Origin: Ostreococcus lucimarinus | Lineage: Eukaryota | NCBI GenBank assembly: GCA_000092065.1 | Contig: CP000587.1 | Length of the DNA stretch: 64,000 bases | Direction: 5' to 3' (one strand) | In this document: piece by piece, positions 1 to 10,300 of the stretch | Numbering within the stretch: the stretch's first letter is position 1 | Layout of the letters: every line of letters starts with the position of its first letter | Made by a program: the position numbers and the translations under genes | Notes under the pieces: generated by a model | The model's input: only the letters and a program-made list of their open reading frames with translations | Told to the model about the DNA's origin: nothing | Database searches by the model: none

Positions 1-813
1 GCGGGCGCGAGGACGGGGCGCGTCGTCGCGGTGACGGACGAAAGCGGCGAGATCGTGGCGAGCGTCGCGGACGTGGACGTCGTGGAGCGAGACGTGGACG
101 AAGAGTGGTGCGAAAAGTACGCGAGCGACGCGAGGGGGGCGCGAGTGGTGGTGATCGATGGGAATCTGTCGGCGCGGGGGATTCGAGCGGCGCGGCGCGC
201 GGCGGCGACGACGGCGACGTGGTTCGAACCGGTTTCGGTGGCGAAGGCGGTGAGGATCGTGGAGAGCGGTGATGCGGGGAGACCGATGGTGGGCGTGAGG
301 TGGTGCTCGCCGAACGCGGCGGAGCTTCGCGAGCTGGCGAATGCGGTGCGGAGAAGTTGGGCGAAGGGCTCGCCGATGTCGCCGTGTCCGTTCAATCCAG
401 AGCTCGAGTTCGACGCGGCGAACGATGCGCTCGATGCGTTGGCGAGCGACATAGCCACGGTGCTCGCCGCCGGGTGCGAGCGCGTCGTGCTCACGCTCGG
501 GTCGCTGGGCGTGATCGTCTCCTCCGCACCGGACGGCGACGCGTCGAACGCCGAGCACGCGCACGTGCCCGCTTTCGCGGTGAAGAGCGCGGCGTCGCTC
601 ATCGGCGCGGGCGACGCATTGGTCGGTGGCGCGGTCGGCGCGCTCGCGCGAGGCGTCGATGAGATGCGCGCCATCGCGATAGGAGTCGCGTGCGCTTCGA
701 TGGCGTGCGAACGACGCGAAGCGGCGCTGTTCGACGTCGACGCGAGAGAGATTGACAGGCGGGCGGCGATCGTTTTCGACGGCATCACACCCATAAAAGC
801 CGCCGTGCAATAG
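1..813 (+). CDS. pfkB-family carbohydrate/nucleoside kinase, C-terminal part. The frame is open from base 1, so the 5' end lies outside the window.
   Basis: The translation contains ...VVIDGNLS..., ...CSPNAAELRELA... and the pfkB signature ...IGAGDALVGGAV... (compare DTxGAGD of ribokinase-like kinases). The frame is open back to base 1, and the track's 'M' at position 31 is GTG. A TAG stop follows at 814-816. Confidence 0.5.
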   Translation, partial: AGARTGRVVAVTDESGEIVASVADVDVVERDVDEEWCEKYASDARGARVVVIDGNLSARGIRAARRAAATTATWFEPVSVAKAVRIVESGDAGRPMVGVRWCSPNAAELRELANAVRRSWAKGSPMSPCPFNPELEFDAANDALDALASDIATVLAAGCERVVLTLGSLGVIVSSAPDGDASNAEHAHVPAFAVKSAASLIGAGDALVGGAVGALARGVDEMRAIAIGVACASMACERREAALFDVDAREIDRRAAIVFDGITPIKAAVQ

Positions 814-833
814 GCTAGGATAGCTAGGAATTT

Positions 834-2897
834 CTATTTAATACTAGTAGACTTGCGAGAATGATTCGTCGCCGGTTCCCACGTGCACTCCTCCAACTCG
901 CGCCGCAAGTGCTCCTCCGCCAACGCTTTGCGTCGAGCCTCAGCCTTTTCGACGACGTTTTCGGCGAAGGCGCCGGTGAACGGCTCGGGAATCGTCCGTC
1001 GGCCCCATCGGTCGAAATCGTCCAAGTTCTCGAGGAAAGCCTTGGCGTATCGCTCGCGCTTTTCTTCTTCGAGCTCGCGCGCCTTGGCTTGCTTGCGCAA
1101 AAACGAATCCATACCTTTGACTTTCGACGCGGACGGGGAGCCCATGGCGCGAGGCTCTCGCGCGATGGACTCGGGACGAAACGTACACTGCTCCAACTCG
1201 CGATACTCGGCGCGCCTACGGAGATTTTCGAGCGCAGTTTCTTTTTCGTGCCGGTATGCTTCGATGCGAGCGCTCACCGCATCGCCGCCGACGCCGTAAT
1301 CCATCGCGAACTGACTCGTATCGCGAGCCTTTCGGGCCTCATTCGACCGATCGAGGTTTGGTTCGAACGTGTGCTGTTCTCGGAACTCACGTTCGAGCTC
1401 GGCTTGCGCGCGTCGTCGCGCCAAGTCCCGTCGCTCGTCGCGCGCCAAATCGTCGATCGTACTACCGTGAGGCGCGAGCTCGTACGACTTTTCATTCAAC
1501 TCGGGTTGGTACGTAAACTGCGCGTAGTGCTCTCGCTCGCGGACGCGTTGCGCGGCACGCTTACGCTCGGCGTCTTTCACCGCCAATCGATCTGAGCGCT
1601 CTTCGGGCGTTTCGAGCAACTTGTACACGTGCCGCCCTCGGCGCAACACGCTGGCGGCGTTGCCGATATCTGGCATAAATGTGCATTCGTCGTCGACCAT
1701 AGCGCGCTTTTCCTGGGCGCGCCGCGCGACTTTTTCGCTGAAGTCACGCTGTCGTTCAAGGAAGCCGGCGCCTAGTTTGCCTTGACGCTCAAGTTCGTCG
1801 ACCACGCGCTCGCTTTCGCGCGTGATTTTAGGCGCAAAAGTGAGATTTTCATCCTCGCCGTCCAACGCCGACGATCGTCTGCGGTGAATCGTTGGCGCTT
1901 CGTCGCCGGCGTCGTCATCATCTTCCATAGCCTTCTGAATCTCGGCACGCTGCATGGCGAGAATCACACTCGTCGGATTGATCGTGGGCTTGAACGTGTG
2001 CGCCTTGGCGAGTTCGTCTTCCACCTTTAAACGAGCCTCTGTTCTCACGTTTTCTTTGGCGCGCAACACGTCGGCGACGCGCCGGTGCAACGGCGGCGTC
2101 TTGGCGACTTTGTCTCGAATCCCAGCGCTCGTCCTGACGTTAACTGTCGGCTTGAACGTCAAAAGTTCCATCTCTTCCTCCACCACGCGCGCCTGTACGC
2201 GCTCCCTAGTCTCTAATCGCTTCTCCGCGTACTCGTACAATCGCTCCGCCGCCGGTTTCGTCGACGGCGTCTTCGGCCCTCGACCAACCTTCGGTGCGAA
2301 CGTGCAATTCTCCGCAAACACAGCCTCATCTTTCTCCTTCTTCACGCTCGCCGATCGTTCCCACAACGCCGTCCTCGGCGCCGCCAACTTCTCCAACGAC
2401 GCCCGCTTTCCCGCGTCTCGTCTCCCCTCGCCGTGCGTTCGCGGCCTAAACGTCTCCTCCTCCGCCCGTCGCGCCATCGCCTCCGCCACCACGCGCTCCC
2501 GCGCGTGTCGTCCCGCCAATTTCTCCGCCCGCTCTCTCCTCGCGCACGCCGGCGCCTCTCCCGCGCTTCCGTCCCGTCGCCGCGTCCCGCGCGTCGTCGT
2601 CCCGCTCGCCGTCGTCTCCCTCGCGCGCGTCTCGTACTCCATGTACCGCGATTTCACCCCTCGCCATCGCGCGCTTCGTCCGTCGCCTTTATCACCGTCG
2701 TCCTCGCCCGCGTTCGTCGCGTCCGCGCTCGCGCTCGCGCCGCTTCGCGCGCCGTCGCGCGCGCGCGCCCTGACCAACGCCGCGACGAACGCGCGCCGCT
2801 CGCCCGCCGTCATCTCCCGGACGCCCTTCGACGCGGGCGCGCGCGCGGACGCGCCGGCGGCGTCCTCGCGCGCGTCGCGCGCGTCGACGCGCGCCAT
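834..2897 (-). CDS. Charged coiled-coil-like repeat protein with about 9 degenerate repeats centred on a [CHL]TF[KAREM]P motif. A TPX2-like microtubule-binding repeat protein is possible.
   Basis: This is a long minus-strand ORF. The motifs CTFAPK, LTFKPT, HTFKPT, LTFAPK, CTFMPD, FTYQPE, HTFEPN, CTFRPE and CTWEPA recur every 40-60 aa in E/R/K-rich context. The track start at 2954 is TTG. The first true ATG (CAT on plus at 2895-2897) gives [11 protein letters not shown]... The N-terminus is Arg/Ala low complexity, so the real start may be further downstream. Confidence 0.45.
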   Translation of the reverse strand: MARVDARDAREDAAGASARAPASKGVREMTAGERRAFVAALVRARARDGARSGASASADATNAGEDDGDKGDGRSARWRGVKSRYMEYETRARETTASGTTTRGTRRRDGSAGEAPACARRERAEKLAGRHARERVVAEAMARRAEEETFRPRTHGEGRRDAGKRASLEKLAAPRTALWERSASVKKEKDEAVFAENCTFAPKVGRGPKTPSTKPAAERLYEYAEKRLETRERVQARVVEEEMELLTFKPTVNVRTSAGIRDKVAKTPPLHRRVADVLRAKENVRTEARLKVEDELAKAHTFKPTINPTSVILAMQRAEIQKAMEDDDDAGDEAPTIHRRRSSALDGEDENLTFAPKITRESERVVDELERQGKLGAGFLERQRDFSEKVARRAQEKRAMVDDECTFMPDIGNAASVLRRGRHVYKLLETPEERSDRLAVKDAERKRAAQRVREREHYAQFTYQPELNEKSYELAPHGSTIDDLARDERRDLARRRAQAELEREFREQHTFEPNLDRSNEARKARDTSQFAMDYGVGGDAVSARIEAYRHEKETALENLRRRAEYRELEQCTFRPESIAREPRAMGSPSASKVKGMDSFLRKQAKARELEEEKRERYAKAFLENLDDFDRWGRRTIPEPFTGAFAENVVEKAEARRKALAEEHLRRELEECTWEPATNHSRKSTSIK

Positions 2898-3060
2898 CCG
2901 TCGCGCACTGGCGCGCGCGCGTCGGTCCGTCGACCGCGTCGCACCGCATTTCAAAAACGACGAGTCGCGAACCGAGGGGGGGGGACTCCAGGGCTGTCGC
3001 GCGCCGCGTCGACGCGGCGACGACGCGACTTCGCGACGCCGAGCGCGCGCGACGAGGACG

Positions 3061-4509
3061 ATGCAGCAGTGCGGGTGCGCGCGACGCGCGACGACCCGAC
3101 CGACGCGCGACGCGCGACGACGACGCGCGACGACGACCGACGACGACGACGACGACGACGACGAACGAGGACTGGATAAATATTTGAAATCGCGCGGGAC
3201 GATCGATCCGACGCGCGACGACGAAAGCGCGGCGACTGACGACGAACGACGGCGACGCAGGTCGAAAAGCTATGCGGGGACGCGCGTGGTGGGACGCGCG
3301 AGCGGCGCGCGGGCGGGCGCGCGAAGGATGACGCGAAGAAGCGGGACGACGACGCGCGCGGCGACGAACGCGGCGACCATCAAGGTGGTCGGCGTCGGCG
3401 GCGGTGGATCGAACGCGGTGAACCGAATGGTGGACGCGGATATTAATGGGGTGGAATTCTGGATCGTGAACACGGATGCGCAGGCGCTGGAGACGGCGGT
3501 GGCGGATCCGAGAAACCACTTGCAGATCGGCGCGGAGCTCACGCGAGGTTTGGGCGCGGGCGGGAACCCGGAGATTGGGCAAAAGGCGGCTGAAGAGAGC
3601 CGAGCCGCGATCGAACAGGCTTTGTCTGGGTCTGACATGGTGTTCGTCACGGCGGGTATGGGCGGTGGTACGGGCTCGGGCGCCGCGCCCGTCGTCGCGC
3701 AAGTGGCGAAGAGCGCCGGTATTTTAACCGTCGGCATCGTGACGATGCCGTTCAAGTTTGAAGGACGTCAGCGATACAACCAAGCGATGGAAGCCGTCGA
3801 ACGTTTGCGACAAAACGTGGATACGCTCATCGTTATTCCTAACGATCGCTTGCTCGCCGCCGTGGACGCGTCTTTGCCGGTGCAAGATGCGTTTTTGCTC
3901 GCCGACGATATTCTTCGCCAAGGCGTCCGCGGCATCACCGATATTATTACTTTGCCGGGCTTGATCAACGTCGATTTCGCGGATGTGCGCGCCGTGATGG
4001 CGGACGCTGGCTCTTCGCTCATGGGTATCGGTCGTGCGAGCGGCAAGAACCGCGCGCGCGAAGCTGCCGAAGCCGCGATTTCGTCCCCGTTGCTCGATTT
4101 GGGCATCGACCGCGCCACCGGCATTGTTTGGAACATCACCGGCGGCAGCGATTTGACTTTGCACGAAGTCAACGAAGCCGCTGAGGTCATCTATGATCTC
4201 GTCGACCCGTCCGCGCTGATTATCTTCGGAGCCGTCGTGAAGGATGGCAACAGAGCCACGGATGGTGAAGTTTCTATTACGCTCATCGCCACCGGGTTTT
4301 CCCCGTCGGCGGGTATTTCTCAAACCGCCGCGCCGGCGTCCCGATCGAACGGAAAGAAAGCCCCGGCCGCCATCGACGGCCGCACGCCCATCATGGGCTG
4401 GAACACGAAGACGGAAATCCCGAGCAACGGTAAATCCGAACGCGATGAAGAGCAACCGGCGTCTCGCGGCGGCATCCCCTCTTTTTTGCGCCGCCGCATG
4501 GGTCGCTAA
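3061..4509 (+). CDS. ftsZ: Plastid division protein FtsZ, cyanobacterial/plastid type. It resembles FtsZ2 because the C-terminal ...IPSFLRRR peptide is present.
   Basis: [26 protein letters not shown], the tubulin signature [17 protein letters not shown], and [12 protein letters not shown]...IPNDRLL are colinear with bacterial FtsZ. The C-terminus [13 protein letters not shown] matches the conserved ARC6/FtsA-binding tail. The part of the ORF upstream of about 3060 overlaps the minus-strand gene and is spurious. An ATG sits at 3061, but the N-terminus, including an Asp8 run, is uncertain and an upstream exon cannot be excluded. Confidence 0.8.
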   Translation: MQQCGCARRATTRPTRDARRRRATTTDDDDDDDDERGLDKYLKSRGTIDPTRDDESAATDDERRRRRSKSYAGTRVVGRASGARAGARRMTRRSGTTTRAATNAATIKVVGVGGGGSNAVNRMVDADINGVEFWIVNTDAQALETAVADPRNHLQIGAELTRGLGAGGNPEIGQKAAEESRAAIEQALSGSDMVFVTAGMGGGTGSGAAPVVAQVAKSAGILTVGIVTMPFKFEGRQRYNQAMEAVERLRQNVDTLIVIPNDRLLAAVDASLPVQDAFLLADDILRQGVRGITDIITLPGLINVDFADVRAVMADAGSSLMGIGRASGKNRAREAAEAAISSPLLDLGIDRATGIVWNITGGSDLTLHEVNEAAEVIYDLVDPSALIIFGAVVKDGNRATDGEVSITLIATGFSPSAGISQTAAPASRSNGKKAPAAIDGRTPIMGWNTKTEIPSNGKSERDEEQPASRGGIPSFLRRRMGR

Positions 4510-4614
4510 CGAATCAAAGGGGAGGTTCAAGTTTTGTACACGACACACTAACACACACATCATAGAAGAGATCTCTTAATCATTAAGCGAAGCTATTCAC
4601 ATTACAAGTCGCCC

Positions 4615-6594
4615 TCATCGCGAAAGGCTGTCGAGAACGCCGACCTCGGCCAGCGACAGGGGAGGATGAAAACTTCGTCTGTTCACGCGCACGTCTTCCA
4701 CGAAATCGTCCACAGTTTTGGACATCCGTTTGCGCGAATTCGCCGAGTCGAGCAATCGAATCATGACAACGGCAAAATCGCGGCTGTACGGCGGACCTGC
4801 GATCTCCAACACCTCGTTCGCAAAGTATCGAATCTGAGACGGATCCAACGTCCGACGCCACGAGTTCGCCGCAGCCGTGATCGTCGGCATCACGTGGCCA
4901 GCAGCGACGAGTTCGCAACCCAGGTCGAGGAGCGAAATAGCCAATTCGGCGCCGTGTGAACTTCCGCATGATTGAATGATCGCGTTCAGCGCCTCCAGCA
5001 CCACGCCTTGCAGCCCAATGTGCTTCTTCGCCACTTCCCCGAGGACGTGCACGAAAACAGAGTTGGCGTTCCCGACTTGAACGACCCGATGATACATTTC
5101 ATTCGTGAGCGCAGAGCGCGCGGCGGCGATGATACCTGCAGTCGCGCACGGGATAGCGAACACTTTATCGACACTCGTCTGCTCTGGCATCTCGCCCCGC
5201 TTCGCGTTTTCGACGATTGCCACGGCTTCAGTCAACGCCGCTTTTACTTCATCCACGCTCGTCTCGTCATCGCTTGCGGCTAAAGCGATCAGCTCGAAAC
5301 ACTCGCTGCGTAAACGATTCGCGCCCGAGTCAACTGTCCATTTAAAAGCTTCCGAAATGAGGTTGTAAAGGACGTCGGGGTGCCGAAGCGGCGCCACCGA
5401 CGGCTTCTTCTTGACGTCGCTCGACACGTACAAGTCGAGCAGCTTTTTCAAGTCCCCAGCCGCGAGTGCCCCACTGTCGCGTATTTGCCCAACCGATGAC
5501 GTGTTCGTGCCCACTGGACGCGAGCTGAGCAAATCAGCCGTGGCGTACTTGGCCGTAGCGTCAGCCGCGGACGCCGCGAGCCAAGGCGCCAGACGGCGAA
5601 CCGTTGCGGCACCGTGCAAGCTCGCTGCCGCCTCTTCAATCTCTTCCGACAATCGCGCCGCGATCGCCTGTGAACTCTTGGTCGTCGCCTTGTCCGTGTC
5701 TCGCCCTAAAGTCGCGAGCATGAGCTGGCCAAAGACGTACGTGCCTATGGACTGACAGCACATGCTCTTCAACCGCTCTTCAAAGTCCATTCGTCGCTCG
5801 TCGTCATCACCGGCTTCGATGATTCCCTTGACGTGATCGGCGAGAAGTTCGTGAAAGATGCTAAAATACGCCGCCGCCGCAGGTCCGAGCGCGCGCACTT
5901 CGTGTCGCATGCCGCGCTGCCACGCGTGCTGAATCGCGCACGAAATCAATAAACAGTTTGGATTACGCTCCGCCAAAGAAAACAACACCGCCCGCCCGCG
6001 CTCGCTCTTGAACAGCCCATCCAACCACGCCGGCGGTCGTCCCTGGAACACCGCGTCCGCCTTATTCGCGTCGAATTTCTCTCTCACGAGCGCCTCCAAA
6101 AAATACATTTCATCGAATCGCGCCTCCGTCTCCATCGTCGCCGCGCGCTCCCGCGGCGTCCCTTTCCCCGCTCCGCTGGTCAATATCCCTCCAGTCGGTG
6201 TTCTCGTCGCGTCACCGTCGCCATTATCGATGCCTCGCGTCTCTACCGCCGCGCTCACCTTGATCGGCGACGTGTTCGCGCCCCGTCTCGGCGGCGCCGT
6301 CACCTTCAACCAGTGCACCGCCAGCGTCGTCATCGCCGCGTACCCTCGGTAATTCTCGCTCAGCAGCTCTATCGCCGTGCTCGGCGCGCCTCCCGCGGAG
6401 ACGTACGCGCGCACGTCATCGATCGCGCTCGGTTCCATTATGAAATCTTTCTCCGCGAGTCGCGCTTCCAATTCCATCAGCCTCGACGTCTTCGTCTCGC
6501 CCAGCGCCGCGATCGCGCCGCTCTCTCCCGCGCGCGTCCCCTCGCCGTCGCTCGCCGTCGCGGTTCGCGTGCACACCTCGTCGTCGTCGGACAT
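4615..6594 (-). CDS. Conserved hypothetical protein of 659 aa.
   Basis: This is a long ORF with ordinary, non-low-complexity composition over most of its length. It starts with a verified ATG (CAT at 6592-6594) and has GC-rich codon usage like its neighbours. I recognise no confident family. Confidence 0.4.
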   Translation of the reverse strand: MSDDDEVCTRTATASDGEGTRAGESGAIAALGETKTSRLMELEARLAEKDFIMEPSAIDDVRAYVSAGGAPSTAIELLSENYRGYAAMTTLAVHWLKVTAPPRRGANTSPIKVSAAVETRGIDNGDGDATRTPTGGILTSGAGKGTPRERAATMETEARFDEMYFLEALVREKFDANKADAVFQGRPPAWLDGLFKSERGRAVLFSLAERNPNCLLISCAIQHAWQRGMRHEVRALGPAAAAYFSIFHELLADHVKGIIEAGDDDERRMDFEERLKSMCCQSIGTYVFGQLMLATLGRDTDKATTKSSQAIAARLSEEIEEAAASLHGAATVRRLAPWLAASAADATAKYATADLLSSRPVGTNTSSVGQIRDSGALAAGDLKKLLDLYVSSDVKKKPSVAPLRHPDVLYNLISEAFKWTVDSGANRLRSECFELIALAASDDETSVDEVKAALTEAVAIVENAKRGEMPEQTSVDKVFAIPCATAGIIAAARSALTNEMYHRVVQVGNANSVFVHVLGEVAKKHIGLQGVVLEALNAIIQSCGSSHGAELAISLLDLGCELVAAGHVMPTITAAANSWRRTLDPSQIRYFANEVLEIAGPPYSRDFAVVMIRLLDSANSRKRMSKTVDDFVEDVRVNRRSFHPPLSLAEVGVLDSLSR

Positions 6595-6906
6595 CGTCGG
6601 CGAAGGCGCGCGAGCGCGAAGTGCCGCGCTGCATCAATGGGCGCGCGACGACGACGCGCGCACCGCGAGCTCGTCGGTTTAGACGCCGCGGCGCCGGCGG
6701 ACGAGGAATTCGCGCCGACGAGCGCGCGGGCGCGGACGAGCGCGCACGCGCGGGCGCGCGGGCGCGCGAGGGAGAAGGATTCGCAGCGCGAATTCGCGAT
6801 TCTGGTCGGCGGCTTCGCGTGCGTGTTGGCGCTCGTCGTGTTCGTGTTTTACGAGCGCGCGATCCACGGCGGATAGCGGCGTCGACGCGCGCGAACGCGT
6901 CGGACG

Positions 6907-7212
6907 ATGCCGGACGGTGAGGGCGAGCGGCGGGCGAGCGCGAACGAACGCGCGGCGCTGCGGCGGTTGGGGTGGTTTACGGCGGCGCTCGCGGCGGTGC
7001 CGTACGCGACGTATAAAACGACGCTGCGGACGACGTGTCCGGCGGCGTACGAGAGATACGGAGCGACATTTTTAGCGACTGAGAGTGGACGAGCGACGTG
7101 TGCGGGGATGTTTGCGATCGTGGCGGTGAATGTAGTTTTGCTCTTGTACGTCGCTTCGGCCCTGCGCGGCGGCGACGAACGGCTGCCGGTTCCGGCGAAG
7201 AAGGCTGACTAA
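6907..7212 (+). CDS. Possible small protein of 101 aa with a C-terminal hydrophobic segment. The call is weak.
   Basis: ATG verified at 6907. The protein ends ...MFAIVAVNVVLLLYVASALRGGDERLPVPAKKAD. It lies in the divergent gap between two minus-strand genes. An in-frame upstream ORF (6637..6876, also ending in a TM helix) is separated from it by a single stop codon. High GC gives many spurious ORFs, so confidence is low. Confidence 0.2.
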   Translation: MPDGEGERRASANERAALRRLGWFTAALAAVPYATYKTTLRTTCPAAYERYGATFLATESGRATCAGMFAIVAVNVVLLLYVASALRGGDERLPVPAKKAD

Positions 7213-7302
7213 AGTTCTAATGTCAATTTACAGTTTGAAGACGCTATGTGAGTACGCTATGTGAGACCTCGACCACCGCGCTACGGTTATCGAAGTCTTC
7301 CG

Positions 7303-10300
7303 CTAATCTAAAATCGAAGACACGGTATCCTGCACTCCAATTCTCTTTGCGAGGATGTCACTGAACGCCTCGTTCCAGATGAGGACAGTCTGCATCGTCG
7401 CCACGGGAAGCAGCGACATGAAGAACAATATAGTAAAGATTATTAAACCGAAGAACTTGTCCATCTCTTTGTACCAGAAGTCTGAAAACCCTCGCGCTGC
7501 GGCCAAGCCGCGTCGCGCGCGGTACACAAATGGTTGCAACGCGCGACGCACACCGTTTCCTCGAGGTTCCGGTTCGCCATCCACTGTTTTCATCGGGAGC
7601 CAGCTTTCACCGAAAGTAATGATACTCTTGTCACTCACGAAGGAGCACGCCTCGATGAATATCGCCACGACGCACCAAGCGCCGAGCCCAGTCATGAACC
7701 ACGTGCGGAACAAGCTGTTGCTGCCGGTTTCGACGTGCAAAGCGAAAAAGTACAACCCATTCCAGACGAGGAAGAGTCCCAGACGTACCAGTCCGCGATA
7801 CACGCTAATTTTCCACAGTTTGTCGGGGAATTGTAACCACGCGTCGCGTGCGAATACCACTGAGTTCATCGCAGATGTGTACAAGAACACGACGAAGCCC
7901 ATTGCAATCGTCGCAGCGGCGATGCGACCCGAGTTCACGCTGAACTGTTCCATTTGCGTCAGCCCTGTGTATAGCGCGCTGCCGTGCAGAGAACCAATCA
8001 CAACAAGCAAGAGGATGACACGTCCGAAACTACTCATGAATAAGACGCCCGCTTTGTTGAATAAACCAATTCTGTTTCGATAGTTGGTGTTCATCGTCGA
8101 GTGCCACTCTTTCCAGGAACCATTCGCGATTTTGGGCTTGTCGAAAGTACCATCGAGCCAGTCTCGCCAATCGTTCCAGCTATTTCGCATCCAGTAAGTG
8201 TTCGTGCTTTGTGGCGAAAACCACCAGGGCGTTATGATGATGCAGATACCAAAGCTCCAAACCGACCAAGAGTACAGCAGTGATTTTGGAAGCACCGTGT
8301 TCGCGTGAAACAACAGTAAAAGAAGCAACACTTCCATACCAAAGTACAGGTGAGACTTGGCGTACAAGCCGTAAAGTACCACCATGTTCGCATTTTGTAG
8401 CACAAAACCCCGCTCGGTAGCGATATACTGCGCTTTACCGAAAAGGAGACCAACCATGTAATTGTAACCTTTCGTCGTCATGGCAAAAATGTTGAACGCC
8501 CACGAACCACGAACAAGTGACGAGGCGGTGTATTCGATACCATCGCGCAATCCTCTATCCATCACCATCTTCAAGAAGAGAGGTAGGACTGTTAGTAATC
8601 CTAGCTGGATCGCATAAATGGAGTTGTAATAACCACCTTCTTCTTTAGACAGCGACAGTGTTGTTTGTGTCTCTGTCATTTTGAAATAACGATAGACACG
8701 ATAGATTTCAAGATCTGCAATCGCGAGCCCGGCGTGCACTAGAATGTACAAATAAACACACCAAGCCGTCTGCATAACGCTAATGAAGAAGCCTGGGCCA
8801 CTAAAGTACATAGACATCATTCTGAAAAAGTCCATCGAGCGGTGTAGTCTGTAAACGTCACGAGACATTGAGATTGTCCCCGCAGAGCCTGAAATCTTTT
8901 GTTCGAAACCATTTACGGATGTAAAACCCATATCTCTTCCTTTACCCACCTCGATGAACTCTTCAAATAACACTCGGCCGCCACGAACGATCGCGTTCAC
9001 GCCACCGAAGAAATCCTCGGCGACGTGGATCATCTTTGAGGCCTTAGACACGCCACCATTTGTCATGGTGAATGCCTTGTCCCACACGTCGGGGTGACCG
9101 TAGTGGAAGCGCACCATGAGTGGCCACGTCATGAAACGTTGAAACGTTTGGAAAATGAACTCTGAAATCGCCGCGAACTGTGCGACGGCGCCCGTAGTCT
9201 CACTAAATATCACCTCAGGAAAGCCGACGAGGACAACGTCCTCAGAGAAAACATCGAGCAAGTTTCGCATCTTCAACGCCTCCGGGAAGTAGCCATCTTG
9301 ATTCATGTCCAGCGTTTGCAGGTAAGCACCTCTGCTGAAAATGACGGCGTGGTTTTGGTTTTCAGGTTTTCCTTCTCCAATTATTGGATTTCCTGGTAAT
9401 TCTACCTTGCACGCGAGAGATAACGTTCTATTTTCTCGATCGCATCCGACGAGACACGAAGCGAACGTGTCGTTTGTGTCAGACTTTGTCTGCACGAAGC
9501 ACACTCGAAGCTCTGGATGATTCAAGATGAGCTCGTTTATATCCTCCGCTTTCTGTCTATCAGCGGAACCTTGTGGAGCATTCAGCATATTTCCGTACAC
9601 TTGGCAAGACACGAGATATTCGAACTTGTCGCAGACCAATGTCTCAATCTCATCTTCGTCGTACCCTTCCGCTCGCGCAAGAAAGCGCAACGCTGCCCCA
9701 TAACTGCAGACACCACGCACGCAGCGACTGAGCGACTGCGTATGGTCGCTCGTCCAGATGCGGAGTTCTTCCCAGTACTTCTCAGTCACTGTGGCGTCGT
9801 CGCACGCCAAGGCCCCAACGCGCTCTTTGAAGTTTTCGTACTCATCTGGATACGTTGCTTGGATGATGGACAGCAGCGTCTTTTGATCTTCAAGAGGCTT
9901 TATCAATTCATCCTTCACGTAAGAAACCTCTTCAGCGTAATAAGGCGTGAACGCAGTCCACGCACGCATGTTACGCAACTTGGTGGGCATTTTCAGCGTC
10001 GCAAAGCTCAGAGAATTGGCAAAAAACATAAGTTGCCGACGAGCTTCGAGATTACGCGGCTCACCACCAGGATTGATGTTGTTCATTGAATTCAACAAAC
10101 AATCGACAATCTTCCGGTTGTTTACCAGCGTCGCGGAGGCGGACACTACTCGCACATGCTCAGTGTCACGCAGCGCATCGATGCGCACCATTTCAAGAAG
10201 TTGCGAATAAAGCTGCGACACACGATACTTTCTCTGATTGTTTGCGTTCGACCAACGACCATCGTTTTCCATGGCAAACGAACAGATCTTCCGAACCGCG

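Noticed and set aside
1954-3060. The 5' 370 codons of track ORF 1954..4509, which would extend FtsZ far upstream.
   Set aside because: This stretch is the antisense of the minus-strand repeat-protein gene (834..2897). It is Arg/Ala/Ser low-complexity with no FtsZ similarity. At about 68% GC, open frames without stops are expected by chance.
3150-3175. The (GAC)8 run as a microsatellite feature.
   Set aside because: It is short and lies inside the in-frame N-terminal extension or 5' region of ftsZ, where it would encode Asp8. It is better described as coding low-complexity than as a separate repeat feature.
6313-6876. The 187-aa plus-strand ORF overlapping the start of the 659-aa minus-strand gene.
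   Set aside because: Most of it is antisense to a gene. Only the portion after the ATG at 6637 (80 aa, ending in a TM helix) could be real. It was not reported separately because the evidence is too thin.
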